From an uncultured Alphaproteobacteria bacterium (lineage in GTDB: Bacteria; Pseudomonadota; Alphaproteobacteria; ATCC43930; CGMCC-115725), in the NCBI GenBank assembly GCA_963846635.1, contig CAWJXM010000009.1:1889-65888 (forward strand): a stretch of 64,000 nt of DNA. Direction: 5' to 3'. A program made the translations under genes and the position numbers. Numbering within the stretch: position 1 is the first letter of the stretch; each line of letters starts with the position of its first letter. Shown here one piece after another: positions 1 through 10,030 of the stretch. The notes beneath the pieces were generated by a model that saw nothing but the letters and a program-made list of their open reading frames with translations, did not search any database and was not told where the DNA came from.

Positions 1-1
1 G

Positions 2-1108
2 TTTCAGCTGGTTGGCGGCTGGTTTGCCGACCGTTTTGGCGCGCGGCGCACATTGACCGTCTGCGGCTTGGCGTGGTCGATCACGACAATCGCGACCGGG
101 GCGGTGACCGGACTTGTTTCGCTGTTTGGCGTGCGTCTTGTACTCGGGATGGGGGAGGGTGCGACGTTGCCGGCGGCTACCCGCGCGTTGTCGAAATGGA
201 CCTCGCTCGAGGCGCGCGGCACCGCGGTCGGCATTACCCATGCTGCCGGGCGTCTTGGCGCCGGAGCGGCGGCGCCGATCGTGGCTTTGCTGATCACCTG
301 GTTCTCCTGGCGTTTTTCATTCGTGTCGCTTGGCATCTTGTCGGCTTTTTGGGCGGTCGTGTGGTGGTGGTATTTCCACGAGGATCCGCGCCAGCATCCC
401 GGTATCACCAGCGCGGAGCTGGCCGCATTACCGACTGCTGACCCCGCAACCTTGGCGGGTTCCGGCCCGGTGCCGTGGCGGCGCCTCGTTCCCCGGGTGG
501 CGCCGTTGATGATCATCTACTTCTGCCAGGGCTGGACCGGGTGGCTGTATGTGACCTGGATGCCGTCCTTGTTTCAGAAGAACTACGGGCTCGATCTGAA
601 GAAATCGTCGCTGTTTTACGCGGCGATGCTGCTCTGCGCGATGTTTGCCGAATTGCTCGGTGGGGTGGCTACCGACTATCTGTTGCGCCGTACCAGAAAC
701 CTGAAGATCGCGCGCTCGCGGCTGATCGCCGCCAGCTGGGTCCTCGCTGTGGCGGGGCTGGTGCCGGCGATCCTCGTGCACGATCTGGTTGTCGGGCTGG
801 CTGGCTTCACGATCGCGTTGTTCTTCCTCGGCTTCGCAATTTCGCCGCTGTGGACCGCGACGATGGACATCGCCCCGAGTTATGCCGGCAGCGCCAGTGC
901 GCTGATGAATGCCGCCGGCGCCGTTGCGGGCATTCTCTCGCCGGTCGCATTCGCCTGGATCCTCGACCGCACCGGCAGCTGGACAACACCGTTCGCGTTC
1001 TCGGTTGGTCTGTTGCTGTTCGCCATTATCATGACCCGCTGGATCCGACCCGACCACTCGATCGGTGAGGTTCCGCAAGTCTCTCGTTTGGCGGCGGCTC
1101 GCGCCTAG
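2..1108 (+). CDS. MFS transporter, 5' end cut by window edge (sugar-acid/anion:cation symporter-like)
   Basis: The frame is open from nt 2. FQLVGGWFADRFGARRTLTVCGL carries the MFS loop 2-3 motif G-x-x-x-D-R-x-G-R-R and precedes the listed TTG at 53. A series of hydrophobic TM segments runs to the stop at 1108. Confidence 0.8.
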   Translation, partial: FQLVGGWFADRFGARRTLTVCGLAWSITTIATGAVTGLVSLFGVRLVLGMGEGATLPAATRALSKWTSLEARGTAVGITHAAGRLGAGAAAPIVALLITWFSWRFSFVSLGILSAFWAVVWWWYFHEDPRQHPGITSAELAALPTADPATLAGSGPVPWRRLVPRVAPLMIIYFCQGWTGWLYVTWMPSLFQKNYGLDLKKSSLFYAAMLLCAMFAELLGGVATDYLLRRTRNLKIARSRLIAASWVLAVAGLVPAILVHDLVVGLAGFTIALFFLGFAISPLWTATMDIAPSYAGSASALMNAAGAVAGILSPVAFAWILDRTGSWTTPFAFSVGLLLFAIIMTRWIRPDHSIGEVPQVSRLAAARA

Positions 1109-1193
1109 AGCGCCGAAAGTACCGATGCCAAATACAGCACCTTCTGCCACAATCGCCCGATTGCGAGACCCTAATCGACCAGGAGCGAACGCC

Positions 1194-1994
1194 ATGCTCG
1201 ACCAACCCATGACCAGCAAGATGATCGCCGAAAAGGACGGGGCGATCGGCCGGCTGATTTTCAACAATCCGGCGCGGCACAATGCGGTCTCGCTCGAAAT
1301 GTGGGAGGCGGTGGCGCGCATCATCGACGATTTCGAGCGTGATGACGCGATCCGGGTCATCGTGGTCAGCGGCGCTGGTGGTCGCGCTTTTGTTTCCGGT
1401 GCTGATATTTCCGAGTTCAAGGAACGGCGCGCCTCGGAAGAAGCGGCCGCCGCCTATTCGAAGATTTCCGAGGGCGCCCGCCTGCGGCTGCAGGAAACCC
1501 TGAAGCCGACGATCGCGATGATCCGCGGCTATTGCATCGGCGGCGGTGTCGGCACCGCGCTCGCCTGCGACATGCGGATTGCTGCCGAGGGCTCGAAATT
1601 CGGCATCCCTGCGGCCAGGCTTGGGCTCGGCTATGCCTATGACGGCATCAAAAAGCTGATCGATCTGGTCGGCCCGGCTCATGCCCGCGAAATCTTCTTT
1701 ACCGCGCGCCAGTTCACCGCCGAGGAGGCGTTGCGGATGGGTCTTGTCAACCAGATCGTGCCAGACGGCGAACTCGAGAATTACGTCAACAATTATTGCG
1801 AGATGATCGCCGCCAACGCGCCCCTGACCGTGCGTGCGGCCAAGGTCGCCATTCGCGAAGCGCTGAAGGACGAGTCGGCCCGCGATCTCGCATTGTGCAA
1901 GCGCTTAGTCGACGAGTGCTTTGCCAGCGCCGACTACGCCGAAGGCCGCACCGCCTTTATGGAAAAGCGCAAACCTGTGTTCAAGGGGCGCTGA
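1194..1994 (+). CDS. enoyl-CoA hydratase/isomerase (crotonase) family protein
   Basis: Crotonase signatures RVIVVSGAGGRAFVSGADISEF and GYCIGGGVGTALACDMRIAAEGSKFGIPAARLGL are present. The ATG at 1194 is preceded by aggag at 1181-1185. The listed ORF start at 1065 overlaps the upstream gene. Confidence 0.85.
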   Translation: MLDQPMTSKMIAEKDGAIGRLIFNNPARHNAVSLEMWEAVARIIDDFERDDAIRVIVVSGAGGRAFVSGADISEFKERRASEEAAAAYSKISEGARLRLQETLKPTIAMIRGYCIGGGVGTALACDMRIAAEGSKFGIPAARLGLGYAYDGIKKLIDLVGPAHAREIFFTARQFTAEEALRMGLVNQIVPDGELENYVNNYCEMIAANAPLTVRAAKVAIREALKDESARDLALCKRLVDECFASADYAEGRTAFMEKRKPVFKGR

Positions 1995-2192
1995 GAAACC
2001 GACAATCCGAAAGGAAAGGATTTCAGATCAAGGCGTAGAAGAACCATCTGACCGCCGAGCGCACCTCGTGTCACGAGGCCAACAATTCCACCCCCTTCCT
2101 GCACGCTGGCGCCTATTGGCTGCTGTGGTCGATCGGGCTAGGATGACCGCAAGGATTGGTAAACGATCCGCGTTCAAGAGGGGGGTTTCGAC

Positions 2193-3470
2193 ATGGTGAC
2201 GATCGCTGCGGGCACGAAGCCCGTTCCGTGGTGGAAGGAACCTACCCGCGACCAATGGTATGCTTGGTGGGCCGCATGGCTCGGCTGGACCTTAGACGGC
2301 TTCGATTTCACCGTCTACCTGTTGATCATGGTGCCGATCTCCAAGGAGTTCCACGTGCCGCTGACCGCGGCGGCGCTGGTGCTGACGCTGACCTTGTGGA
2401 TGCGCCTGTTGGGCGCGAGCGCGGCGGGCTGGCTGGCCGACCGGGTCGGCCGCAAGACCCCGCTGATGATCTCGATCGCCTGGTATTCGATGTGCAATTT
2501 CATCGCCGGCTTTTCGCCGACATTTTGGTTTCTGTTTCTGTTCCGCGCCCTGCTCGGCATCGGCATGGGTGCGGAATGGCCGGTCGGCGCGGCGCTCGTG
2601 ATGGAGACCTGGCCGGTGCGCTCGCGCGGCTTGATGAGCGGCATTCTCCAGGGGTCGGGCAATCTCGGCTTCCTGCTGGCGAGCGTCGTCTACGGCTTGT
2701 TCTACTCCTATCTCGGCTGGCGCGGCATGCTGTGGATCGGCATATTGCCGGCGCTGACGATCATCTATGTGCGCTTCTTCGTGAAAGAGCCGCCGATCTG
2801 GGTCGAGAACCGGCGCCGGCAGCGGCTTGAGGACCGCGAGGTTCGCGCGCCGCTGTTGGCCATCTTCAAGCGCGGCGTCCTCGGCAACACGCTTGGCGCA
2901 TGCTGGTTCATGGCGAGCGGCTTTGTCTGCGACTATTCGATCTGGTCGCTGTTCGCCTCTCATCTGCAGGCCGACCTGCATATGAGCCCGGCAATGATTG
3001 CGACGCCGATCGCTTTTGCCAACCTGTTCGCCTTCATGGCCAGTTCATCATGGGGCTGGTTGTCGGACCGCATCGGCCGGCGCTGGGCGATGATCGCCCC
3101 GGCCTTGTTGGCGATCCCGGTCGCGCCCTTTTATCTGTTCACCAACAATTACGCCGTGCTCGTCGTGGCGTTTATCATGCAGGGCATGGCCGGCGGCGGT
3201 GGCATGTTCGGCCAGCTCCCGAGCTATCTGAACGAGCGGTTCCCGACCGAAGTGCGCGCGACCGCGACCGCCTTCTGCTACCACCAGGGTGCGATCTGGG
3301 GAGGCCTCGTGGGCCCGACCCTCGCCTTCCTCGCCGCCACCTGGGGTACCGGGCTCGCTCTTCCGATGCTGATCGGAACCACGCTCGGCGCCGCCAGCTT
3401 CATCGTCGCGCTGTTGCTGGGGCCGGAGACGCTCGGCAAGGAAATGGTGCCCGATCTCACGATCGCCTAA
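2193..3470 (+). CDS. MFS transporter (sugar/sialate-type 12-TM symporter-like)
   Basis: 425-aa hydrophobic ORF with GWLADRVGRKTPLM (the D-R-x-G-R-K motif) and a second-half WLSDRIGRRWAM motif. It starts with ATG. Confidence 0.8.
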   Translation: MVTIAAGTKPVPWWKEPTRDQWYAWWAAWLGWTLDGFDFTVYLLIMVPISKEFHVPLTAAALVLTLTLWMRLLGASAAGWLADRVGRKTPLMISIAWYSMCNFIAGFSPTFWFLFLFRALLGIGMGAEWPVGAALVMETWPVRSRGLMSGILQGSGNLGFLLASVVYGLFYSYLGWRGMLWIGILPALTIIYVRFFVKEPPIWVENRRRQRLEDREVRAPLLAIFKRGVLGNTLGACWFMASGFVCDYSIWSLFASHLQADLHMSPAMIATPIAFANLFAFMASSSWGWLSDRIGRRWAMIAPALLAIPVAPFYLFTNNYAVLVVAFIMQGMAGGGGMFGQLPSYLNERFPTEVRATATAFCYHQGAIWGGLVGPTLAFLAATWGTGLALPMLIGTTLGAASFIVALLLGPETLGKEMVPDLTIA

Positions 3471-3602
3471 CTCCCTCTGGGCCGCACTTGTCGCCGGCGA
3501 CCGGTTCGCGTAGTCCGGTGCGGCGGAAAGGGTCCATCTTGATATCATGCCGGCGCCGGGGGTTTGATACTCAGCGTGATATTCTTGCACTAGTCTGATT
3601 TC

Positions 3603-3677
3603 GTCACCGCCGCGAAAGCGGGGGTCCAGGACAGCGCAAGAGATTCAGCCCTGGAACCCTGCTTGCGCAGGAATGAC
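3603..3677. repeat. REP-like imperfect palindromic intergenic element
   Basis: Left arm gtcaccgccgcgaaagcgggggtccagg lies at 3603-3630. Right arm cctggaaccctgcttgcgcaggaatgac lies at 3649-3677 and is the imperfect reverse complement. This resembles a repeat family widespread in alpha/beta-proteobacterial intergenic regions. Confidence 0.5.
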
Positions 3678-3711
3678 CAGTAACATCTGCATTCTGCTCA
3701 GGTCAGTCATC

Positions 3712-4608
3712 ATGAAACTCCCTGCCCATAGCCGCTACGACTACGTGCCGATTCATAAGCGGCCGCAATACGACTGGCCGGAAGGCAAACGGCTCGCCGT
3801 GATCTTTAACAACAATATCGAATACTTCGCGTTTGGCGCCGGCCTCGGCAGCGATTCGACTGGCACGCCGGCGGCGCAGAGCCAGCGCAACTACGCCTGG
3901 CGCGATTACGGCAACCGGGTGGGTCTGTGGTACTATCTTGATCTGCTCGACGAGTTCGGGCTGCCGGGCGCGCATAATGTCAACTCGGCTGTGCTCGAAG
4001 CCTGCCCCGAGATCGGCGAACGGCTCAATGCGCGCGGCGACGAATATGTCGGCCATGGCCGCACCAATTCCGAGCGTCAGGACAGTTTATGGGAGGAGGA
4101 CGAGCGTCGACTGATCGCTGAATGCACCGAAATCCTCGCACGGGTCTCTGGCCGGCGCCCGGAAGGATGGCTCGGTCCCTATATTGCCGAGAGTGCGGCG
4201 ACACTCGACCTTCTGAAGGAGGCCGGCTATCGCTATGTCATGGATTGGGCGCTGGACGACCAGCCAATCTGGATGCGCACCCGCGCGGGACCGATCCTGT
4301 CGGTGCCTTACCCGCTTGAACTCAATGACTCGCCGTCAATGGTGTTTCGCCGACACACCGGGCGGCAGTTCGCCGAAATGATCGTCGACCAGTTCGACGA
4401 GATGCTGTTGCAATCGAAAAAGTACCCGCTGGTCTTTGCGGTCTCGGCGCATCCTTTTATCATCGGGCAGCCATTCCGCTTGCACGCGTTCCGCGACGCT
4501 GTCCGACACATTCTCGAACATCGTGACGAATTGTGGATCACCACTCCGGGCGAGATCGCCCGCTTCTGCGCGAGCCTCCCTCAAGGGATCGTTCCCGGCT
4601 CCGAGTAG
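3712..4608 (+). CDS. polysaccharide deacetylase (NodB-homology) family protein
   Basis: The ORF runs 3673-4608. The N-terminal pattern KRLAVIFNNNIEYF...YAWRDYGNRVG...GHGRTNSE is typical of deacetylase-family hydrolases. The ATG at 3673 lies inside the REP palindrome, so I prefer the ATG at 3712 (MKLPAHSRYDY). Confidence 0.6.
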   Translation: MKLPAHSRYDYVPIHKRPQYDWPEGKRLAVIFNNNIEYFAFGAGLGSDSTGTPAAQSQRNYAWRDYGNRVGLWYYLDLLDEFGLPGAHNVNSAVLEACPEIGERLNARGDEYVGHGRTNSERQDSLWEEDERRLIAECTEILARVSGRRPEGWLGPYIAESAATLDLLKEAGYRYVMDWALDDQPIWMRTRAGPILSVPYPLELNDSPSMVFRRHTGRQFAEMIVDQFDEMLLQSKKYPLVFAVSAHPFIIGQPFRLHAFRDAVRHILEHRDELWITTPGEIARFCASLPQGIVPGSE

Positions 4609-4917
4609 CCGACACATGGCTGCGGCGCAACACCCTCTCGTTTTTGCATCGTGCCGACCGGCAGGTGGAACCTCCCAATGGTTTCGCCGTTGCACCCAAT
4701 CGTGGCGCGCCGCTTGACGTTCCTTCTGCGTCGCTCGTGGTAGCATATTTCGGCTGTCGGCGTTGCGGTAACGGAACGTTACAGCAGGGGAGGTTTCGAA
4801 ATTTCGCTCCGTGATCAGCGCAGCTTGCGGCCATCGTCTCAGGCGCCGAACGGGGTGACCCGGGGCGAGCAATCACCGGGGCGCCGGACTGCGAATTTCT
4901 TGTCTGGTGTTGGCGAA

Positions 4918-7900
4918 ATGGGCGCGCTGATCCGTGCCATGGATTGGTCGAAAACGCCAATCGGGCCGATGGAGCGCTGGTCGCAAACGCTGCGCGCGAT
5001 GCTGAGCTTTCTGCTCGTCAACCGCTTTCCGCTGCTACTGTGGTGGGGACCGGAGTTTTGTCAGCTCTACAACGACGCTTACCGGCCAGTGCTCGGAGCA
5101 AAGCATCCGAAATCGATGGGCCAACCCGCTCGTGAGTGCTGGCCAGAGATCTGGCATATCATCGGGCCGCTGATCGAAACACCATTCAATGGCGGTCCTG
5201 CCACATGGATGGAGGACCTTCCTCTCGTGCTGAACCGCTATGGTTTTGCCGAGGAGACGCACTTCACGGTGGCTTACAGCCCGGTCCCCGACGAAGCCGC
5301 GCCCCACGGCATCGGCGGCGTTCTCGCGACCGTCCATGAGATAACCGAAAAGGTCATCGGCGAGCGACGGATCGTGATGCTGCGCGATCTCGGGGCGCCG
5401 GGTGCGCCGGCCAGGAGTGCCGAGGAGGCGTGTGCGATATCGATGGGGGCGCTGGCGAACCACGCCGAGGATGTCCCCTTCGCGTTGCTTTATCTCATCG
5501 ATGCCGATGGGCGGAAAGCAAGTCTTGCGGGCACCGTAGGTATCGAGCCGGGCAAGAAGGCCAGCCCGCTTGCGGTGTCGCTCGACGCTCGCGCAACCGA
5601 CACTCCGTGGCCGCTGGTCGAGGCGCTGCAGCGCGAGAAGGTCGTCGTCGTTGAAGACCTTGCCGGCCGCTTTCCCAGCGTGCCACCCGGCCCGTGGTCG
5701 GATCCGCCGCACTCGGCGGTCATCGTTCCGGTGCACTCGAACAAGACACACCAGCTTGCTGCTCTACTCGTCGCCGGGATTAGTCCTCGTTTGCGGCTTG
5801 ACGACAATTACATCGGTTTTTTCGAACTGCTGGCGGCGCAGGTCGCTACGACGATTGCCAACACCCGTGCTTATGAAGAGGAGCGCAAGCGCGCGGAAGC
5901 CTTGGCGGCGATCGATCGCGCGAAAACGGCGTTCTTTTCAAATGTCAGCCATGAGTTCCGGACGCCGCTTACTCTCATGCTGGCGCCCTTAGAGGACCTT
6001 CTCGGCGAATTTGCGAAGGAAGGTGGGAAGAACCGAGCGCTTTTGGAGGTCGCACACCGCAATGGGCTGCGGCTCTTGAGGCTGGTCAACACGCTTCTCG
6101 ATTTTTCGCGGATCGAGGCCGGGCGCGTCGAGGCGTCCTACGAACCCACCGACCTCGCTGCATTGACGGCCGAACTTGTCAGCAATTTCCGTTCCGCGTG
6201 CGAGAAAGCAGGATTGCATCTGACGGTCGATTGCCCCCCGCTCGCCGAGCTTGTTTATGTCGATCGCGACATGTGGGAAAAAATCGTCCTCAACCTCGTC
6301 TCGAATGCTTTCAAATACACATTGGCGGGCGGCATCGAGGTTCGTCTATGCGTGGCGGGCGGTGCTGCGGTTCTGTCGGTCGTTGATACCGGCTGCGGCA
6401 TTCCCGAGGATGAAATCCCACGGCTGTTCGAGCGCTTCCATCGCGTCGAGGGCGCCTCCGGCCGCACCCACGAGGGTACCGGTATCGGACTGGCGCTCGT
6501 CCAGGAGCTCGTCAAGCTCCATGGCGGGACTGTGCAGGTCGAGAGCGCCTATGGCAGCGGCAGCAGGTTTACGGTTTCGATCCCTCTCGGAAAGGCTCAT
6601 CTGCCCGCGGATCGGATCCGGTCCGAGCGGACACGCAGCTCTACCGCCCTTGGACCCAGGAGTTTTGTCGAGGAAGCGTTGCGCTGGCTGCCGGATGCGC
6701 CGGTCTCGGCGATTGAGGAGGCGGAGTTCGATCCCGCCCTGTTGGGCGGCCAGCCCGGTGAACGACCGGCCAATTCGGAGCGGGCGGTCATACTTGTCGC
6801 CGACGACAACGCGGATATGCGCGAGTACGTCCGCCGACTGCTCAGCGCCCGGTACGACGTCGAAGCGGTCACGAATGGCCTGGCGGCTCTCACCGTGTTG
6901 CGGCAGGGCCGCCGACCGGATCTCTTGCTGAGCGATGTGATGATGCCGCAGCTCGATGGCCTCGGCTTGTTGCGCGTCGTGCGGGCCGATCCAGCGCTCG
7001 CCGATTTGCCGGTTATCCTGCTGTCGGCCCGCGCCGGCGAAGAAGCAAGCATCGTGGGCCTCGAAACCGGCGCCGACGATTACCTGGTAAAGCCGTTCAG
7101 CGCTCGCGAGCTGCTGGCACGCGTTGCTGCCAATATAAAGCTTTCTCAGCTGCGAAGAGAGTTTGAACGGCGGACCGCTTTTGATTTGCGATCCATGACC
7201 TGCCTTCATGAACTCGGTAATTTGTGCGCGCAGCGTGAAATCGACTTTAACGAATGTCTTAATGAAATTCTCGATGCTGCTATCGCTTTGACCGGGGCGG
7301 ACAAGGGAAACATTCAGCTGTTTGACCCGAAATCCGAGTCCCTGACGATTGCTGCTCAGCGCGGGTTCGAGAAGCCGTTCCTCGACTTTTTCGCTGAAGT
7401 TCGGGTCGGGGAGGCCGCGGCCTGTGGTGCCGCGATGGCCGCCGCCAGCCGGATATTGGTCGAAGACGTCGTCGAAAGTGCGATCTTCGCCGGGCAGGAC
7501 TCGCTCGATGTGCTGCTTCAGGCCGGCGTGCGCGCCGTCCAATCCACGCCGCTGACAAGCAGCAGCGGCAGCGTCGTCGGAGTGATATCGACGCATTTCA
7601 GCCTGCCGCACCGGCCGAGCGAGCAGGAATTGCGGTTCATGGATCTGTTGGCGCGACAGGCAGCTGATTTTTTAGAGCGAAAGCAAGCTGATGCCGCGCT
7701 GCACGAGCTCAACGATACGCTTGAACGCAAGATCGAGGAACGCACGCGCGCGCTTGAAAGCGAAATGGCCGAGCGCCAGCGGATCGAAGCAGCGTTGCAA
7801 CAGGCCCAGCGTCTCGAAGTCATTGGCCAGGTAACGGGCGGGGTGGCTCACGACTTCAACAACCTGTTGATGATTGTCGGCGGGAACCTCGAACTGCTGA

Positions 7901-8919
7901 AACACCGTCGGGGCGACGCACAGAAGGTCATCGCCAGGATCGAGCAGGCGGTTGCACGGGGCGAAAATCTGGTTCGCCAGCTGTTGAGCTTTTCGCGCCG
8001 GCAATCGCTGCGCCCCGAGGTGCTTGATCTGTCATCCTGGACGCCAAAACTGATCGAGCTGTTGCGATCGTCGCTGCGCGGCGACATCGACATAGCGGCT
8101 GAGGTCGCGGATGACATTTGGCCGGTCGAGGCCGATCCCGGTGAATTGGAATTGGCTCTCCTCAACATCGCCGTGAATGCGCGCGATGCAATGCCCCGCG
8201 GCGGCCGAATCACCGTAGGCATAAGAAATATACGAATGGATGGGCAGAGCACCGACGGATTGTCGGGCGATTTTGTGCGGATCGCGGTGAGCGACACCGG
8301 AGTCGGTATCCCGGCACACCTTCTGCACAAGGTCTTCGACCCGTTCTTTACGACTAAGGAAGTCGGCAAAGGAACTGGTCTGGGGCTGTCCCAGGTGCAT
8401 GGCTTTGCCAAGCAGGCGGGCGGCACGGCGCTGATAGAAAGCAGGGTAGGGAAGGGGACCACGGTCGCGCTGTTTCTGCCGAGAGCCCGGACATCATTGT
8501 TGCCGAGCGAATTGGAGACCGTCGTACAGTTCGCCGACCGGGCGAGCGGGTCGATTCTGCTTGTCGAGGACAATGATGATGTTGCTGAAGCGACCGCGGA
8601 GATGCTGGCGGGGCTCGGCTACGGCGTCGTGCGGGTAAGCTCCGCGGGGCAGGCGCTGAATTACCTGGAAGGCGGCGGCAATCCCGATCTGTTGCTGAGC
8701 GACATTGTGATGCCTGGCGGCACCAATGGGGTGGATCTCGCAAGGATTGTGCGCAAGCGCTACCCGAAACTGCCGATCCTGCTCAGCACCGGATATAGCG
8801 CCGCGGCGCGCGAGGCCAGCAAGGAAAGGCTCACCATTCTGCCCAAGCCCTATCGGCTTGCTACGTTGGAACGCTTCATCCGCGCGACGCTCGAACGGGA
8901 GCAACACGATCAAGTCTGA
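4918..8919 (+). CDS. double hybrid sensor histidine kinase (PAS-GAF-HisKA-HATPase-REC-GAF-HisKA-HATPase-REC)
   Basis: Two H-boxes are present (FFSNVSHEFRTPL and GGVAHDFNNLL), followed by two ATPase cores (DTGCGIP...GTGIGLA and DTGVGIP...GTGLGLS). Two receivers are present (DLLLSDVMMPQLDG...KPF and DLLLSDIVMPGGTNG...KPY). The likely start is ATG 4918 (MGALIRAMDWSKTPIGP). Confidence 0.85.
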   Translation: MGALIRAMDWSKTPIGPMERWSQTLRAMLSFLLVNRFPLLLWWGPEFCQLYNDAYRPVLGAKHPKSMGQPARECWPEIWHIIGPLIETPFNGGPATWMEDLPLVLNRYGFAEETHFTVAYSPVPDEAAPHGIGGVLATVHEITEKVIGERRIVMLRDLGAPGAPARSAEEACAISMGALANHAEDVPFALLYLIDADGRKASLAGTVGIEPGKKASPLAVSLDARATDTPWPLVEALQREKVVVVEDLAGRFPSVPPGPWSDPPHSAVIVPVHSNKTHQLAALLVAGISPRLRLDDNYIGFFELLAAQVATTIANTRAYEEERKRAEALAAIDRAKTAFFSNVSHEFRTPLTLMLAPLEDLLGEFAKEGGKNRALLEVAHRNGLRLLRLVNTLLDFSRIEAGRVEASYEPTDLAALTAELVSNFRSACEKAGLHLTVDCPPLAELVYVDRDMWEKIVLNLVSNAFKYTLAGGIEVRLCVAGGAAVLSVVDTGCGIPEDEIPRLFERFHRVEGASGRTHEGTGIGLALVQELVKLHGGTVQVESAYGSGSRFTVSIPLGKAHLPADRIRSERTRSSTALGPRSFVEEALRWLPDAPVSAIEEAEFDPALLGGQPGERPANSERAVILVADDNADMREYVRRLLSARYDVEAVTNGLAALTVLRQGRRPDLLLSDVMMPQLDGLGLLRVVRADPALADLPVILLSARAGEEASIVGLETGADDYLVKPFSARELLARVAANIKLSQLRREFERRTAFDLRSMTCLHELGNLCAQREIDFNECLNEILDAAIALTGADKGNIQLFDPKSESLTIAAQRGFEKPFLDFFAEVRVGEAAACGAAMAAASRILVEDVVESAIFAGQDSLDVLLQAGVRAVQSTPLTSSSGSVVGVISTHFSLPHRPSEQELRFMDLLARQAADFLERKQADAALHELNDTLERKIEERTRALESEMAERQRIEAALQQAQRLEVIGQVTGGVAHDFNNLLMIVGGNLELLKHRRGDAQKVIARIEQAVARGENLVRQLLSFSRRQSLRPEVLDLSSWTPKLIELLRSSLRGDIDIAAEVADDIWPVEADPGELELALLNIAVNARDAMPRGGRITVGIRNIRMDGQSTDGLSGDFVRIAVSDTGVGIPAHLLHKVFDPFFTTKEVGKGTGLGLSQVHGFAKQAGGTALIESRVGKGTTVALFLPRARTSLLPSELETVVQFADRASGSILLVEDNDDVAEATAEMLAGLGYGVVRVSSAGQALNYLEGGGNPDLLLSDIVMPGGTNGVDLARIVRKRYPKLPILLSTGYSAAAREASKERLTILPKPYRLATLERFIRATLEREQHDQV

Positions 8920-8999
8920 GCCTGAGCCCGCGGCTTCCCAGCATCAACCGTTGGCAGCGCGGTTCCAAAGGCCGGGTGACAGGCTAGTTCAGGTCCCGC

Positions 9000-9353
9000 T
9001 TACTGCCGCGCCTGCGGCAGATCCATTCGTACGCAGACCGCGGCGCTGGCGATGACGGCGATGTCGCCGGTCTCGTCATCGGGGACGTCAAGTCCGCCTT
9101 TGACGATTTTGACTGTGACCTCGCCGTGCGGCAGCGCTGATTTTACGGCGCCGGCATCGACCTTTTCCGGCCGTTGCACCCCGATCGTCACCTCGACCTG
9201 CATCCGCTCGGCATCGAGCTTGAGGGTACGGATCAGCGGCAGCGAACTGTGATGGAGCGCGTCAGCGACCGCGCGCACCGCCGCCTTGGTATAGTCGCCG
9301 CCGTGCAGATCGTTGCCGGTGCCCATTTCGAGAATGACGCGTTTGGCTGGCAT
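9000..9353 (-). CDS. Lin0512-family conserved protein of unknown function
   Basis: 117 aa. The pattern LEMGTGNDLHGGDYTKAAVRAVADALHHSSL...VEVTIGV matches my memory of the Lin0512 (TIGR02058-like) family. It is a paralog of the next gene. Confidence 0.6.
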   Translation of the reverse strand: MPAKRVILEMGTGNDLHGGDYTKAAVRAVADALHHSSLPLIRTLKLDAERMQVEVTIGVQRPEKVDAGAVKSALPHGEVTVKIVKGGLDVPDDETGDIAVIASAAVCVRMDLPQARQ

Positions 9354-9365
9354 CGGGCTTCTCCT

Positions 9366-9704
9366 TTAAAGATCGAGCCGCACCATCGCCGCGGCATTGG
9401 CGATCACGGTCTTGTTGGTGCCGGCGTCGTTGATGATTTCGAGCCCGCCCTCGACAACATCGACCGTTCCGGTGCCGTGCGGCAGCACAGCCAGGACGGC
9501 CGCCTTGTCGACCTCGTCGGGGCGCGGCACCCCGATCCTGACCTCGACCTGCATCGCATCGACCGGAAGTCCGACCGCGTCGGCCACACTTAGCGAGTTA
9601 TGCCACAGCGCGTCGCGCAGCGCGCGGATCGCTGCCTTGGTGTAATCGCCGCCGCGGATGTCGGTCCCCATGCCGATTTGCAGGACCATGCGCTGCAGAG
9701 CCAT
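9366..9704 (-). CDS. Lin0512-family conserved protein, tandem paralog
   Basis: The sequence MALQRMVLQIGMGTDIRGGDYTKAAIRALRDALWHNSL...VEVRIGVPRP aligns colinearly with 9000-9353. The ATG at 9704 is preceded by gaggagga on the minus strand. Confidence 0.6.
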   Translation of the reverse strand: MALQRMVLQIGMGTDIRGGDYTKAAIRALRDALWHNSLSVADAVGLPVDAMQVEVRIGVPRPDEVDKAAVLAVLPHGTGTVDVVEGGLEIINDAGTNKTVIANAAAMVRLDL

Positions 9705-9976
9705 GCCGTCCTCCTCGCTAAAGCATTTGCCCAAATTTAGCCGCCGGATCGGGCCGCGTCATCCTGCAAGGTTTGCTATGCCACGCGGGCGCTGATGGTT
9801 CGGCGGGGCCCACTAGCGCCACCAGGCCGGGTCGATGACCGCCGCTAAGCGCCTTTCGAACGCGCGAACTCGCGAGGGCCAACCCGTCGGCAGTCCCTTG
9901 ATTCGGCGAGCCTGTTGGAAGGGGCCGGCTCGCCCGCCCTTCGACCAAATTGTATTGCGGTGGAACTGACACCTTT

Positions 9977-10008
9977 CTATAGCGTTTCTGCTCTATAGCG
10001 TTTCTGCT
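9977..10008. repeat. perfect 2 x 16-bp tandem duplication (ctatagcgtttctgct)
   Basis: Read directly from the sequence. The units are 9977-9992 and 9993-10008, in the intergenic region upstream of the Lin0512 pair. Confidence 0.9.
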
Positions 10009-10030
10009 CTGCTCAAAAGAGGATCAAGGC

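Noticed and set aside
428-1420. 330-aa minus-strand ORF and several other long ORFs antisense to the MFS and enoyl-CoA hydratase genes
   Set aside because: They have the Arg/Pro/Gly/Ala-rich low-complexity composition typical of shadow ORFs in high-GC DNA. They fully overlap genes with clear family motifs on the other strand.
4825-4917. TTG-initiated upstream extension of the histidine kinase
   Set aside because: The first ATG (4918) gives the conserved MGALIRAMDWSKTPIGP-type start. The extension has no supporting signal.
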